A DNA stretch of 64,000 nucleotides from Pedosphaera sp. Its GTDB lineage: Bacteria > Verrucomicrobiota > Verrucomicrobiia > Limisphaerales > UBA9464. The position numbers and the translations under genes are program-made. The stretch is from positions 1,317-65,316 of the forward strand of contig SIBK01000014.1 of NCBI GenBank assembly GCA_009695205.1, in the 5' to 3' direction. The notes under the pieces are model-generated. The model had not been told where the DNA came from. It did not search any database and was given only the letters and a program-made list of their open reading frames with translations. Below, piece by piece: positions 36,593-45,998 of the stretch (position 1 is the stretch's first letter; each line of letters opens with the position of its first letter).

Positions 36593-38494
36593 TTATTTCT
36601 CGGACTTTTTATTGGGATTCTCGATATAGATCTGGTTCGCCAGATCTTCACGGATGCCGCCTTCGAGATTGAGTTGCAGCACCTGTTTAGTGGCATCGCT
36701 CAGAATAATGTACTTTCTGGCGGGAGCGATGGCCCGTGTGATCGCATCGAGCACCAGGCGCTCGCCATAGATGCTAGGCGCCGCGTTGAAGGCAACCAAT
36801 TGGCCCCGGAACTGAGCGGCTGCACCCTGTGCCTCGGCAATTTTCAACGCCGAGGCCACCCGGGCATCATTTACGATCTTCACCGCTTCAGCCTCAGCCC
36901 GCGGCAGGACTTCGGCTCGGTATCCATACGCTTCATGAATCTTAGCCTCCTTCTGGGCTTCGGCACCAATCTCCTGTTCGAAGGCAGCGGCAACCTGGAT
37001 CTCCTTGTTCCCGATCGGTGGATGAACATCCTGCAATCCGACGAACGTAATCTCGACGCCAAGCTTATGATCATCCGCGGCCTTCTGGATGCGCGTCCGC
37101 AATTCACCTACGGCCTTCAGGCGCCCGGCCGACATAAAATCGATCAAATCGACGCTGACCAGGTACCGCACCACTTCGCGCGTGGCGGTTCGTTGCAGCA
37201 GATCTCCTGGATTGGCATGATTGTACATCCATGATTTCAGGTCTTTAACATAATACTGGACGGGGATGCTCACTGTTAAAAGGTTCACTGGAACCGCCTT
37301 CGCTACGTCGGTGTCCGTGCCGGAGGTTGTATCGCTGCTGGCGACCAGCATATTATATTCCGACTGATTGTGCTGAACGGTCCAGACAACGGTGCGCCCG
37401 GAAGATTTCGCGTCGTCCTGTTCCACTCCGATGGCAAAAGTCTGCAGCGACCGCACCGAGTAGCGGTGGATGGCGTCAATGGGCCAGGGCCACTTGAAAT
37501 GAAATCCCGGTTCTAACACACCGCGATTGGCGACGGGGCTTCCAAACCGTTCCAAAAGGGCCTGTTCCTGCGGTTCGATGAAGACAAACATCGAGCCAAA
37601 CCAAAGCAATCCTAGCGCGAGGAGCGCCAGGCGTCCCAGTTCCTGCTCGAGGTATTTATAAAACCATGTTTCCGAAACCTTGAAGCCAAACTGGTAGTCC
37701 AGTGTTTGGGCGGCCGTGCTGAACAGTCCACCGGAGGAACCCAGCAAGCCGATCAACCGGCTCTCGTACACCAACCGTTTCTCCTCACCCCGGACACGGG
37801 GGCGGTAAACCTCAAATACGAGGCCAAAAAGGGTCTCCAACGCCACTACCACCAACACGGCGAACAATAACCAGGACAGGTAACGATCAAGTTTTTCGTA
37901 CTTGAAAAAGTTAGAGTCGGCTGCTTCCGCAACTGCCGCCATGGCACACAGCACGGAGCCTAGCAACAATGCCGATGCTCCGGGTCGCAACAGCCGGTGA
38001 TTTTCATAACGGGCAAGCCGCGCCGAATACGTGCCAAGTAGGAATAGAACCAAACCGATGCCCGCGAACGCAGCCATGGCGTAGTCGGAGAAAGCCCCAA
38101 CCACAGTCTTGGTCGTCATTCCCTGGTAATTCCACCAAATGGCCGTCGCCTCGAATGCAAAGAGCATCAGAGTGAACGCCGGTACCATCCATTTCTCAAA
38201 CATTCTCCGCGACCGCTTCGCGTGGAGGGTGTCTTCCGAAGAGGCGGTGAAGAGTGCAGACCCGCTTCGCTGATTCGCCAGCTCCTCAAATTCCAGGCGC
38301 TCGGCCTCTTCCCGGGCTTCAAGGCGCATCTGGAACCAGCTGACCAGGGCAACCAGCGTGCCCACGATCAGAAAGGCAACACTGAGTTCCGCCGTCGTGG
38401 AGCCCGCCAGCTGAGCGAGAAATTGCATCGCCACTGCCGCCAGAGCGAGGACAACCCAGTTCAACAGTCCGTTCTTTGAAACATTTCTTTCCAT
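36593..38494 (-). CDS. SPFH domain protein with a ~300-aa N-terminal polytopic membrane domain
   Basis: The N-terminal half has multiple TM helices. The C-terminal half has QALLERFGSPV, LLTVSIPVQYYV, GVEITFVGLQDVHPP and an A/E-rich coiled coil. Confidence 0.7.
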   Translation of the reverse strand: MERNVSKNGLLNWVVLALAAVAMQFLAQLAGSTTAELSVAFLIVGTLVALVSWFQMRLEAREEAERLEFEELANQRSGSALFTASSEDTLHAKRSRRMFEKWMVPAFTLMLFAFEATAIWWNYQGMTTKTVVGAFSDYAMAAFAGIGLVLFLLGTYSARLARYENHRLLRPGASALLLGSVLCAMAAVAEAADSNFFKYEKLDRYLSWLLFAVLVVVALETLFGLVFEVYRPRVRGEEKRLVYESRLIGLLGSSGGLFSTAAQTLDYQFGFKVSETWFYKYLEQELGRLALLALGLLWFGSMFVFIEPQEQALLERFGSPVANRGVLEPGFHFKWPWPIDAIHRYSVRSLQTFAIGVEQDDAKSSGRTVVWTVQHNQSEYNMLVASSDTTSGTDTDVAKAVPVNLLTVSIPVQYYVKDLKSWMYNHANPGDLLQRTATREVVRYLVSVDLIDFMSAGRLKAVGELRTRIQKAADDHKLGVEITFVGLQDVHPPIGNKEIQVAAAFEQEIGAEAQKEAKIHEAYGYRAEVLPRAEAEAVKIVNDARVASALKIAEAQGAAAQFRGQLVAFNAAPSIYGERLVLDAITRAIAPARKYIILSDATKQVLQLNLEGGIREDLANQIYIENPNKKSEK

Positions 38495-38584
38495 GATTTT
38501 CGTCGTAAACCCACACCACCATCGCCCTGCGTCTGCCAGTCCTGCCGCCGTTTCTGGCAGCTGGATCAGGTCGAGCGGCCCAAC

Positions 38585-39574
38585 CTAACTCAATTCCCGC
38601 TCTTCGAACAAGAGTAACGCTGCCGAAAGAGCCGCCCCGATGTACGCCACCAAGTATCCCGCCGCCCGCAGAACGTATTCCCACGGAATCACCTTCTTGT
38701 TCTCCAGCGCATCCGCCATCCAAAACAGCTGCCAGTTGGGCGTCACCGCGTAAACCAATTGCGCCCATCCAACGCCTCGGGCCGCCGGTCGGCCAAAAAA
38801 ATAGTCGGACATGATTCCCACCAGGAAGATCGCTGAACAAACCGCCAACGTCGGGATCATGTCCAGCCGGGTCGAACACGCCAGCGCAATTGCGGCAAGC
38901 ACCCATAGAGCAAAAAGAATCAGCACCATCGCGGGAATCAGCCGCCAGTCAACCGCCGCTACGTCGCCAAATGCCTTCTCCAGCCGGGTGAAATACACCA
39001 CATAAATGAACGCCAGCGTCGTCAAAGCCACCAGACCCGCCACCGCATTGGGCGCAAACGGCCTCCCGAGGAAGAAATTGAGAAAACCACCCACAAAATA
39101 CGCGAGAATCACGGCGCCAAAATACAGCCCTAACGAAGGCAGATCTGCATTCCCATAGGCGTCAAATGCCATCCGACTCGCCAACAACGCCGCTACAGCG
39201 TTGGTAAACGTCAACAATGTCAATGTCCCCGCCAATCCCGCATACTTCGCCAGCAAGAACGTGGTTCGGCTCACTGGCTTGGACAGGACGGTCAAGGCCG
39301 TCCCCAACCGGATCTCCTCCGCCAAACTCGACGCCGCACACAAAACGGCACCCAGCAACCCCGATAGGAGCGTCACAGCCAATGCCATGTCCTTCACCAG
39401 CTTCGGATCATCCCCAAACCCGAAATAGGGAACTGCCGACAAAAAAACAATGAAACCAGCCGAGCAGGTCAACAGCAGGAGGTACACCGGCTGCCGGACC
39501 AGCTCCAGGAAGGCGTTTACCGCAATTGTGACAAACTGACGCATTGCTTCTAGGGACTGTGTGACCGGCAACAT
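38585..39574 (-). CDS. ABC-2-type transporter permease-like membrane protein
   Basis: It has 6-7 TM segments. EEIRLGTALTVLSKPVSRTTFLLAKY matches the ABC-2 (NosY/YxlG-like) signature. No adjacent ATPase gene is present. Confidence 0.6.
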   Translation of the reverse strand: MLPVTQSLEAMRQFVTIAVNAFLELVRQPVYLLLLTCSAGFIVFLSAVPYFGFGDDPKLVKDMALAVTLLSGLLGAVLCAASSLAEEIRLGTALTVLSKPVSRTTFLLAKYAGLAGTLTLLTFTNAVAALLASRMAFDAYGNADLPSLGLYFGAVILAYFVGGFLNFFLGRPFAPNAVAGLVALTTLAFIYVVYFTRLEKAFGDVAAVDWRLIPAMVLILFALWVLAAIALACSTRLDMIPTLAVCSAIFLVGIMSDYFFGRPAARGVGWAQLVYAVTPNWQLFWMADALENKKVIPWEYVLRAAGYLVAYIGAALSAALLLFEERELS

Positions 39575-39678
39575 ACTGTTTCGCAGTCAACCGTCAATGG
39601 TTTGCACTGACTAAGAAGGAGGCTTGTCCGCTTCCCCTCCTTTACGTAGCCTCGCCACCGGTCTCACCACTCCTTGCC

Positions 39679-40995
39679 ATGAATTCGTCTATCCGCTTCA
39701 AACTTTTCCTAATGATGGTGCTTGAGTTCTTCATCTGGGGAGCCTGGCTTCCGCTCATCTTCAGCTACCTGCCCGCTCTGGGGTTCACCACCACACAACA
39801 GTCGCTCGTTCTTAACGCCTTTCCCGTCGCCGCCATCGTGGGGATGTTTTTCAGCAATCAATTTGCAGATCGTAACTTCGCAGCGGAAAAGTTCCTGGCA
39901 TTCAGCCATCTCATCGGCGGCCTCGCCATGCTCGGCCTCGCCTTTACCCGCGATTTCCTCCCGTTCTTCGGCCTGATGCTCGTCCACTGCCTGTTGTACG
40001 TGCCAACGATTTCAATCACGAACTCGATCGCCTTTGCCAATATGAAGGATCCGCAAAAGGAGTTCGGCTTGATCCGCATGGGAGGAACCATCGGCTGGAT
40101 CCTCGCGGCTTGGCCCTTCACCTTTATTCTCGTCGATTGGTCCAGGGTCGAGGCTGCAAAGCCCGAGGGATTCGTCAATTGGTTGGGCGAAGTGCTACGC
40201 AATGGACTCTCTGGCTTGCCCCTGCAAAACGCCACCCGCTGGACTTTCATCATCGCCGGCGCCGCCTCGCTCGTCCTTGCCGCATTCAGCCTTCTCCTCC
40301 CTCACACGCCGCCGAAACCCGCCAAGGCGGGTGACGATTCTCTCGCCTGGTTAAAAGCCGCGAAACTCCTCGGACTTCCGTTCCTGCTGGTGCTCTGGCT
40401 CGTAACCTTTGTCGATTCCTTCATCCACAATTGCTATTTCAACTGGGCCGGAACCTTCCTGGGCAGCAAACAGGTCGGCATCCCGGGCAACTGGATCATG
40501 CCTGTCATGAGCATCGGCCAAATCGCCGAAATCCTCACGATGATGGCTCTCGGCGTAACTTTGAAACGTCTCGGATGGCGAACTACCATGGTTCTCGGAG
40601 TTCTTGGCCACGCCGTCCGCTTCGCCATCTGGGCCTTTATGCCCGAGTCCACCGGGGTGATCGTCGCTGTCCAGGTAATGCATGGCATCTGTTACGCGTT
40701 CTTCTTCGCGACCGTTTACATTTTTGTTGATGAATACTTCCCAACGGACGTGCGGTCCTCCGCCCAGGGGCTTTTCAATGTCATGATCCTCGGAATCGGT
40801 GCCCTCGTCGCAAACTCGATCTGCCCCAAATTGATCCAGGATGTTTACACTCCGAAAGGCGGTGTGACTGATTTCAAAGGGCTGTTCCTGATCCCGCTCG
40901 CCTGTGCCATCTTGGCTGCCCTCGTACTCGCGTTGTTCTTCCGGCCACCCCCCAAGCCTCTTGCAAACCTTCGTGGCTCTGCCCCCGCTCACTGA
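39679..40995 (+). CDS. MFS transporter, nucleoside:H+ symporter (NupG/XapB-like) family
   Basis: The N-terminus FKLFLMMVLEFFIWGAWLPL is characteristic of the Nuc_H_symport family. It has 12 TM segments in 438 aa. Confidence 0.7.
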   Translation: MNSSIRFKLFLMMVLEFFIWGAWLPLIFSYLPALGFTTTQQSLVLNAFPVAAIVGMFFSNQFADRNFAAEKFLAFSHLIGGLAMLGLAFTRDFLPFFGLMLVHCLLYVPTISITNSIAFANMKDPQKEFGLIRMGGTIGWILAAWPFTFILVDWSRVEAAKPEGFVNWLGEVLRNGLSGLPLQNATRWTFIIAGAASLVLAAFSLLLPHTPPKPAKAGDDSLAWLKAAKLLGLPFLLVLWLVTFVDSFIHNCYFNWAGTFLGSKQVGIPGNWIMPVMSIGQIAEILTMMALGVTLKRLGWRTTMVLGVLGHAVRFAIWAFMPESTGVIVAVQVMHGICYAFFFATVYIFVDEYFPTDVRSSAQGLFNVMILGIGALVANSICPKLIQDVYTPKGGVTDFKGLFLIPLACAILAALVLALFFRPPPKPLANLRGSAPAH

Positions 40996-41054
40996 TCCCA
41001 TCCCACGTTGTCTCGCCTCGAAAGGCTGTCCCAACTCATCAAAGCCATGCTTCC

Positions 41055-41150
41055 CATGAACCGTCGCCCCGTAGTCGCGGACGGCAGTCCGCGCAAACCA
41101 CGTCCCTGCAACGGTTCATGGTCCCAATTCATGTCCATTCGTTGGAAAAC
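41055..41150 (+). repeat. structured ~96-nt repeat, copy A
   Basis: An outer helix CATGAACCGT/ACGGTTCATG encloses CGCGGAC-GGCA-GTCCGCG. The 3' tail is GGTCCCAATTCATGTCCATTCGTTGGAAAAC. Strand is assigned from the GNRA loop, which exists only on the + strand. Confidence 0.7.
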
Positions 41151-41159
41151 TTTCCCCTC

Positions 41160-41254
41160 CATGAACCGTCGCCCTTTAGTCGCGGACGGGAGTCCGCGCA
41201 AATCTCTTCCCAGGAGCGGTTCATTGTCCAATTCATGTCCATTTTTTGGAAAAC
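41160..41254 (+). repeat. structured ~96-nt repeat, copy B (tandem, 105-nt period)
   Basis: It has the same architecture with loop GGGA. It carries a 1-nt deletion in the tail relative to copies A and C. It ends 10 nt before the ATG at 41265. Confidence 0.7.
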
Positions 41255-41264
41255 GTTGCTTCCT

Positions 41265-42197
41265 ATGAATCGCCGACATTTCCTCCGGCAGGTCGCCACC
41301 CTTAGTGCAACGGCCTCCGCCCTGCCATTTTCCGGCTGTGAATCGTCTTCCCACAGAACCCCAGATGTTCGGAAACCACTGTTCAAGATCAGTCTCGCTG
41401 AGTGGTCGTATCACAACGCGCTCTTTGCAAAGAAGATGTCTCACCTCGACTTTCCCGTCGTCGCCCGACGCGATCACGGGATCGATGCGATCGAGTTGGT
41501 GAATCAATTCTTCATGGAACAGGCCGCAGATAAGGTCTATCTAGCTGAGTTCAAACGGCGCTGCGGGGGAGAAGGGGTATCGACCAAATTAATCATGTGC
41601 GATGACGAAGGGAATCTCGGAGACCCGGATTCAAACAAGCGCCGCCAAGCCGTCCGGAATCACCACAAATGGGCGGATGCCGCCCAGTACCTCGGCTGCC
41701 ACTCAATCCGGGTTAATGCCGAGACGGAAGGCGTGGGAAGTTTCGAGGAACAACAGAAGCGAGCAGCCGACGGACTCCATGAACTGGCCCTCTATTGCGC
41801 CAAATTGGGATTGAATTGCATCGTCGAAAACCACGGCCACCTCTCGTCAAACGGAGTCTGGCTCTCGGGTGTGATGCGCCTCATTAACCTTCCGAACGCG
41901 GGTACACTCCCAGACTTTGGCAATTTCAGCCTGGGCGACGGCACCTGGTACGACCGTTACAAAGGCGTCTCCGAAATAATGCCCTTTGCGAAGGCGGTCA
42001 GCGCAAAAAGCTACGATTTCGACGCCCGAGGAAACTGCGTCGAAACAGACTATCACCGGATGATGAAGATCGTTTTGGACGCTGGCTACCACGATTGGAT
42101 GGGGATCGAGTACGAGGGCGAGCACCTTCCCGAACGGGACGGTGTAACAGCCACCCAACTCCTCCTCAACCGAATCCGCAGTGGGGTCGGTCCATAG
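41265..42197 (+). CDS. sugar phosphate isomerase/epimerase (xylose isomerase-like TIM barrel) with Tat signal
   Basis: The start MNRRHFLRQVATLSATASALPFSGC is a Tat/lipobox-like signal. HSIRVNAE, IVENHG and GIEYEG fit the AP-endonuclease-2/xylose-isomerase-like TIM family. The longer ORF from 41118 runs through the repeats. Confidence 0.75.
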   Translation: MNRRHFLRQVATLSATASALPFSGCESSSHRTPDVRKPLFKISLAEWSYHNALFAKKMSHLDFPVVARRDHGIDAIELVNQFFMEQAADKVYLAEFKRRCGGEGVSTKLIMCDDEGNLGDPDSNKRRQAVRNHHKWADAAQYLGCHSIRVNAETEGVGSFEEQQKRAADGLHELALYCAKLGLNCIVENHGHLSSNGVWLSGVMRLINLPNAGTLPDFGNFSLGDGTWYDRYKGVSEIMPFAKAVSAKSYDFDARGNCVETDYHRMMKIVLDAGYHDWMGIEYEGEHLPERDGVTATQLLLNRIRSGVGP

Positions 42198-42235
42198 TAA
42201 TGTAAAGCACATTACTATTCCCTGACCCCTATTCT

Positions 42236-44674
42236 ATGAAAGTTACCCGTAATTGGCTCAAGAACTATGTGGATTTTGACTGGTCGCCCGCAGACTTGAC
42301 CGAACGGCTGACGATGCTGGGCCTCGAAGTTGAAGGGGTGGAAACACTCGGCGGTGAGTTTTCTGGCATCGTCGTGGCACTGGTGCTGAGTCGTGATAAA
42401 CATCCCAATGCCGACAAATTGTCGGTTTGCCGGGTCGCCGACGGACTCGGAGAACGCCAGATCGTTTGTGGTGCCCAGAATTTTCAGGCGGGCGATAAGG
42501 TTCCCTTGATCCTGCCCGGCAATTCACTGCCCCCAAAACCGGATGACAAGGAACCGTTTGTCATCAAGGTCGGAAAAATCCGCGGGGTCGAGTCCCACGG
42601 AATGTTGTGCTCCCCACAGGAACTGGGATTGCTCGATGCCGTCGACGGCCTGTTGCTCCTCAAGCCAGAATCGCGAGTGGGTCAGCCATTCGCGGAATAC
42701 CTTGGGCGATCCGGAAGCGATGTCGTCTTTGATTTGGAGGTCACGCCGAACCGGCCCGACCTCAATTCAGTGATCGGCATTGCCCGCGAAATCGCAGCGA
42801 TCACGGGCGGTGCGCTAAAAATTCCGCCGGCCGATCTTCCTGCGGAAACGGAGCCTGCCCTGGCACCCGCTTCCGAGTTGCTTGCGGTACGGCTCGACGC
42901 TCCCGATCTCTGCCCTCGCTACAACGCGCGCATCATCCAGGGGGTCCAGATTGGACCGAGCCCCGACTGGCTCCGGCAGGCGCTGGAAAAGGTTGGCCTG
43001 CGCAGTGTCAACAACGTGGTGGATGTCACCAACTTCGTGATGCTCGAAACCGGTCAACCATTGCACGCATTTGATTTTCACTTGATCGCCAAGAGTGGGG
43101 AGCGCCCAACGATTGTAATCCGCCGCGGTAACGCCGGTGAGCAATTCACGACCCTCGATGGCCGGTCGCACAGGGTGACATCGGAAAATCTTCTGATTGC
43201 GGATGAACAGAAGTGCATTGCGCTTGCGGGAGTAATGGGTGGCCAAAATACCGAGATCAAACCGGAAACGACGGATGTGTTGCTGGAGTCCGCGTGTTTC
43301 GCTCCGACAAACATCCGGCGCACGAGCAAGTCGCTGGGATTGCGCACGGACGCGAGTTACCGCTTTGAGCGTGGGTCCGATATTGGCGTGGTGGACTACG
43401 CCAGCCGACGGGCGGCCGGGCTAATTCTCGCGACTGCAGGCGGCCACATTGCTGCTGGGGCGGTGGAGGTCTATCCACAACCGACTGCACTCCGTCATAT
43501 CTCCCTTCGGCATGCACGAGTTAACCAACTTCTGGGTCTCAACATCCCCGGAGAATGGATCGATACTCAACTGACTCGCCTGGATATTCGGAAAATCGCA
43601 ACCACTGCTCCAGGCGTGGTGACTTTTTCCGTTCCGACCTTTCGCGTCGATCTGAAGCGCGAAGTGGATCTCATTGAGGAGGTGGCCCGCTTGCATGGAG
43701 TGGATAAAATTCCGGCGACCGCACCGCGGGGTGCGACGGGCGAGCACCCCTTCGACGCTGTATACGATCAATTCGCTTCGATGCGCCGGATTCTTGTCGG
43801 GCTGGGTTTGAAAGAAACGCAGGGGCAGACCCTGATCGCGAGCGGTGCAGCGTCGATGGCGAACGCAGACCCAATGATGCTCGCCAATCCGCTGAGTGCT
43901 GAGATGGATGCTTTGCGCCCAAGCTTGTTGCCGGGCTTGCTCGATACCCTCCGACACAACGCTACCCGCCGGAATAATGACGTGCAGGTGTTTGAAATCG
44001 GCCGCGTGTTTAACCGGGAAAATGGGCGGGTAAAAGAAAGTTGGCGCGTGGCCATCGCGATGACCGGCCTTCGCGACCCGTTATTTTGGAGCGGAGCAGA
44101 TCGGGAAGCCCGGTGCGACAGCGCGGATCTCAAAGGACGCATTGAAGAGGTGCTCGAACAGTTCGGCGTTCGGGGCGCTGTATTCGCACGACGGCCGGAA
44201 GCCTCGTCCTTGTTCTTGGAGTCGGCCGTCATTTCCCTCGGCGGAAAACTCGTGCTCGGCGAGCTAGGCCAAGTTTCGCCACGACTTGCCCGTCAAAACG
44301 ATCTGCGCGATCCAGTCTTCCTGGCCGAGTTGGACGTGGATCAACTGATCGCGCGTCGCAACCCAGCCCGATCCTTCAGGGCGCTGCCGGCGTTTCCGTC
44401 GGTGCGGCGCGACGTCGCTATGATCGTTCCAGAAGCGATAACCCATGGCAGCATTCTCGGAGTTGTCCGGCAAGCCCGGCCTACAAACCTCGAAGCGGTG
44501 GAGCTATTTGACATCTTTCGCGGCAAACAGGTCCCCGAAGGGCAGAAGAGCATGGCGTATGCATTCACGTACCGTTCGGCGGACAAAACACTGACCGACT
44601 CAGAAGTAACGACAACGCACGCGGCGTTGGTGGAATCTTTCCGGCGGACATTACAGGCGGTGATTCGGGAATAG
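42236..44674 (+). CDS. pheT: phenylalanine--tRNA ligase beta subunit
   Basis: MKVTRNWLKNYVDF, a tRNA-binding domain (HPNADKLSVCRV) and B3/4, B5 and FDX-ACB domains are present. At 812 aa the length is typical. pheS is not adjacent. Confidence 0.9.
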   Translation: MKVTRNWLKNYVDFDWSPADLTERLTMLGLEVEGVETLGGEFSGIVVALVLSRDKHPNADKLSVCRVADGLGERQIVCGAQNFQAGDKVPLILPGNSLPPKPDDKEPFVIKVGKIRGVESHGMLCSPQELGLLDAVDGLLLLKPESRVGQPFAEYLGRSGSDVVFDLEVTPNRPDLNSVIGIAREIAAITGGALKIPPADLPAETEPALAPASELLAVRLDAPDLCPRYNARIIQGVQIGPSPDWLRQALEKVGLRSVNNVVDVTNFVMLETGQPLHAFDFHLIAKSGERPTIVIRRGNAGEQFTTLDGRSHRVTSENLLIADEQKCIALAGVMGGQNTEIKPETTDVLLESACFAPTNIRRTSKSLGLRTDASYRFERGSDIGVVDYASRRAAGLILATAGGHIAAGAVEVYPQPTALRHISLRHARVNQLLGLNIPGEWIDTQLTRLDIRKIATTAPGVVTFSVPTFRVDLKREVDLIEEVARLHGVDKIPATAPRGATGEHPFDAVYDQFASMRRILVGLGLKETQGQTLIASGAASMANADPMMLANPLSAEMDALRPSLLPGLLDTLRHNATRRNNDVQVFEIGRVFNRENGRVKESWRVAIAMTGLRDPLFWSGADREARCDSADLKGRIEEVLEQFGVRGAVFARRPEASSLFLESAVISLGGKLVLGELGQVSPRLARQNDLRDPVFLAELDVDQLIARRNPARSFRALPAFPSVRRDVAMIVPEAITHGSILGVVRQARPTNLEAVELFDIFRGKQVPEGQKSMAYAFTYRSADKTLTDSEVTTTHAALVESFRRTLQAVIRE

Positions 44675-44805
44675 GGCAGTGGCGGTTCCCTATTCTCGGC
44701 CGTACTCATTATAAGAGCCGACGTCGAGAAGAGAGATTGATAAAGTGTGGACAAGTCCGCGCACTCCAAGCACTGCCATGGCGGATACAGATGGCGACGG
44801 CCGGC

Positions 44806-45639
44806 TTAGGAATGCCGGGCGATGAAGTCGTGGCGCCGGCGGGAGTTGTGCAGGTTCTCCCGGGTGACAGTTCCCGGCCCACGAGCCTTCTCGATGGTGT
44901 ATCCGTGGTCTAGAAAGAAGCCGTGCACGTCGGCCGCCGAGAATCCGTGAGCGGCGCAGCTCTCGTTGTCGCACTCGTAGGCCACGAGAAGCGGCGGCAT
45001 ACGGGAGATCGTCTTCTCAAAGCCCTGGAGAACGCTCAACTCGAACCCCTCGACGTCCATCTTCACCGCGTCGATTCGCTCAATTCTCTTGGATTCGCAG
45101 TATCCGTCCAAGGTAATCAGAGGCACCGACGTCGCGGACCTCAGGGTCGAAACCCGCGACGATCCCAAGTTCGACTCCGGCCCCGGCTCGTAGCCGATTT
45201 GACCGGCTGCCTTCCCCAGGGCCACGGCGTTGACGGTCACGCGCTCCCTAAAGTGATTCTTCTCCACGTTCGCACGCAGGTACTTGAGCTGCACCGGGCC
45301 AGGCTCGAAGGCATGAACGTGGCCCGCGGGGCCCACCAACCTCCCCGCATTGATCGTGAACAGACCGAAATGCGCCCCGATATCGAACATCGTCATCCCC
45401 GGCTTCAGGAACTCCTCGAAGTGCCGCAGGATGTACGGCTGATGGTGGCCGCGCACGTATAGGTGCAAGCCCGAATACTCCTTCAGATTGACTAACATTT
45501 CGCCCCCATGCTTCAGGGAGGCGACCACGTCCTCATCCGGACGCCCGCCTATCTTCCCAGCGATCTTCGTCAGGATGCCTCCCGGCGCGGGAAGAGACCG
45601 AACGAGGAATCGAGCGGCGCGGTGCGCAATATGGGGCAT
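44806..45639 (-). CDS. FkbM family methyltransferase
   Basis: MFDIGAHFGLFT, VHAFEPGP and KMDVEGFELSVLQG are FkbM motifs. I chose the start at MPHIAHR (rc ATG 45637-45639). The longer ORF runs to 45846. Confidence 0.7.
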   Translation of the reverse strand: MPHIAHRAARFLVRSLPAPGGILTKIAGKIGGRPDEDVVASLKHGGEMLVNLKEYSGLHLYVRGHHQPYILRHFEEFLKPGMTMFDIGAHFGLFTINAGRLVGPAGHVHAFEPGPVQLKYLRANVEKNHFRERVTVNAVALGKAAGQIGYEPGPESNLGSSRVSTLRSATSVPLITLDGYCESKRIERIDAVKMDVEGFELSVLQGFEKTISRMPPLLVAYECDNESCAAHGFSAADVHGFFLDHGYTIEKARGPGTVTRENLHNSRRRHDFIARHS

Positions 45640-45998
45640 ATTAGGAGAAATTTTGTTTGGGACACTCCGTGGCGATGCATTCCAGTCCGGCGGGCGGTTC
45701 GTTGTCGGGATTGCGTTCCCATTTCGAACCGTCGAGCATCGTTGGTCAATCTCGTATTCCTCCAATTCCCCAGAAGCCGCATCCTCCATCGAGATTTTTG
45801 GCGCCTTTGAATCCCGGGATAATGAAACCGGAATGGGTAAAGTCACCGATGTCGATCGAGATTCTCTTGCCTCAATTCAACCGGAAGATTACGGTGCCTG
45901 CAAACACCCGTCTCAGGCGTTTCTGGGTCTTGACGTTAGAGGGGCCGGTGCATTTCTATCGGCCTGAGGAATTGGCAGGCCAGAACGATTAAGTTGCC

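Noticed and set aside
41008-41268. An 86-aa ORF spanning both tandem repeat copies (MLPMNRRPVVADGSPRKPRPC...). Its TGA stop overlaps the isomerase ATG as ATGA, so it could be a coupled upstream ORF or leader peptide.
   Set aside because: The peptide is just the repeat unit read twice. Copy B has a 1-nt deletion that changes the frame of its second half while nucleotide conservation persists. Several frames on both strands are open across the element. I keep it only as a caveat to the RNA-element finding.
40989-41507. A minus-strand 172-aa ORF with duplicated MDMNWDHEPLQGRGLRGLPSATTGRRFM segments.
   Set aside because: It is the reverse-strand reading of the same tandem repeat and runs antisense into the isomerase gene. 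It is an artefact of the repeat.
44754-44763. AGTCCGCGCA downstream of pheT as a possible fourth (partial) copy of the structured repeat.
   Set aside because: Only about 10 nt match. The partner strand CGCGGAC and the outer helix are both absent. I treat it as a chance match.
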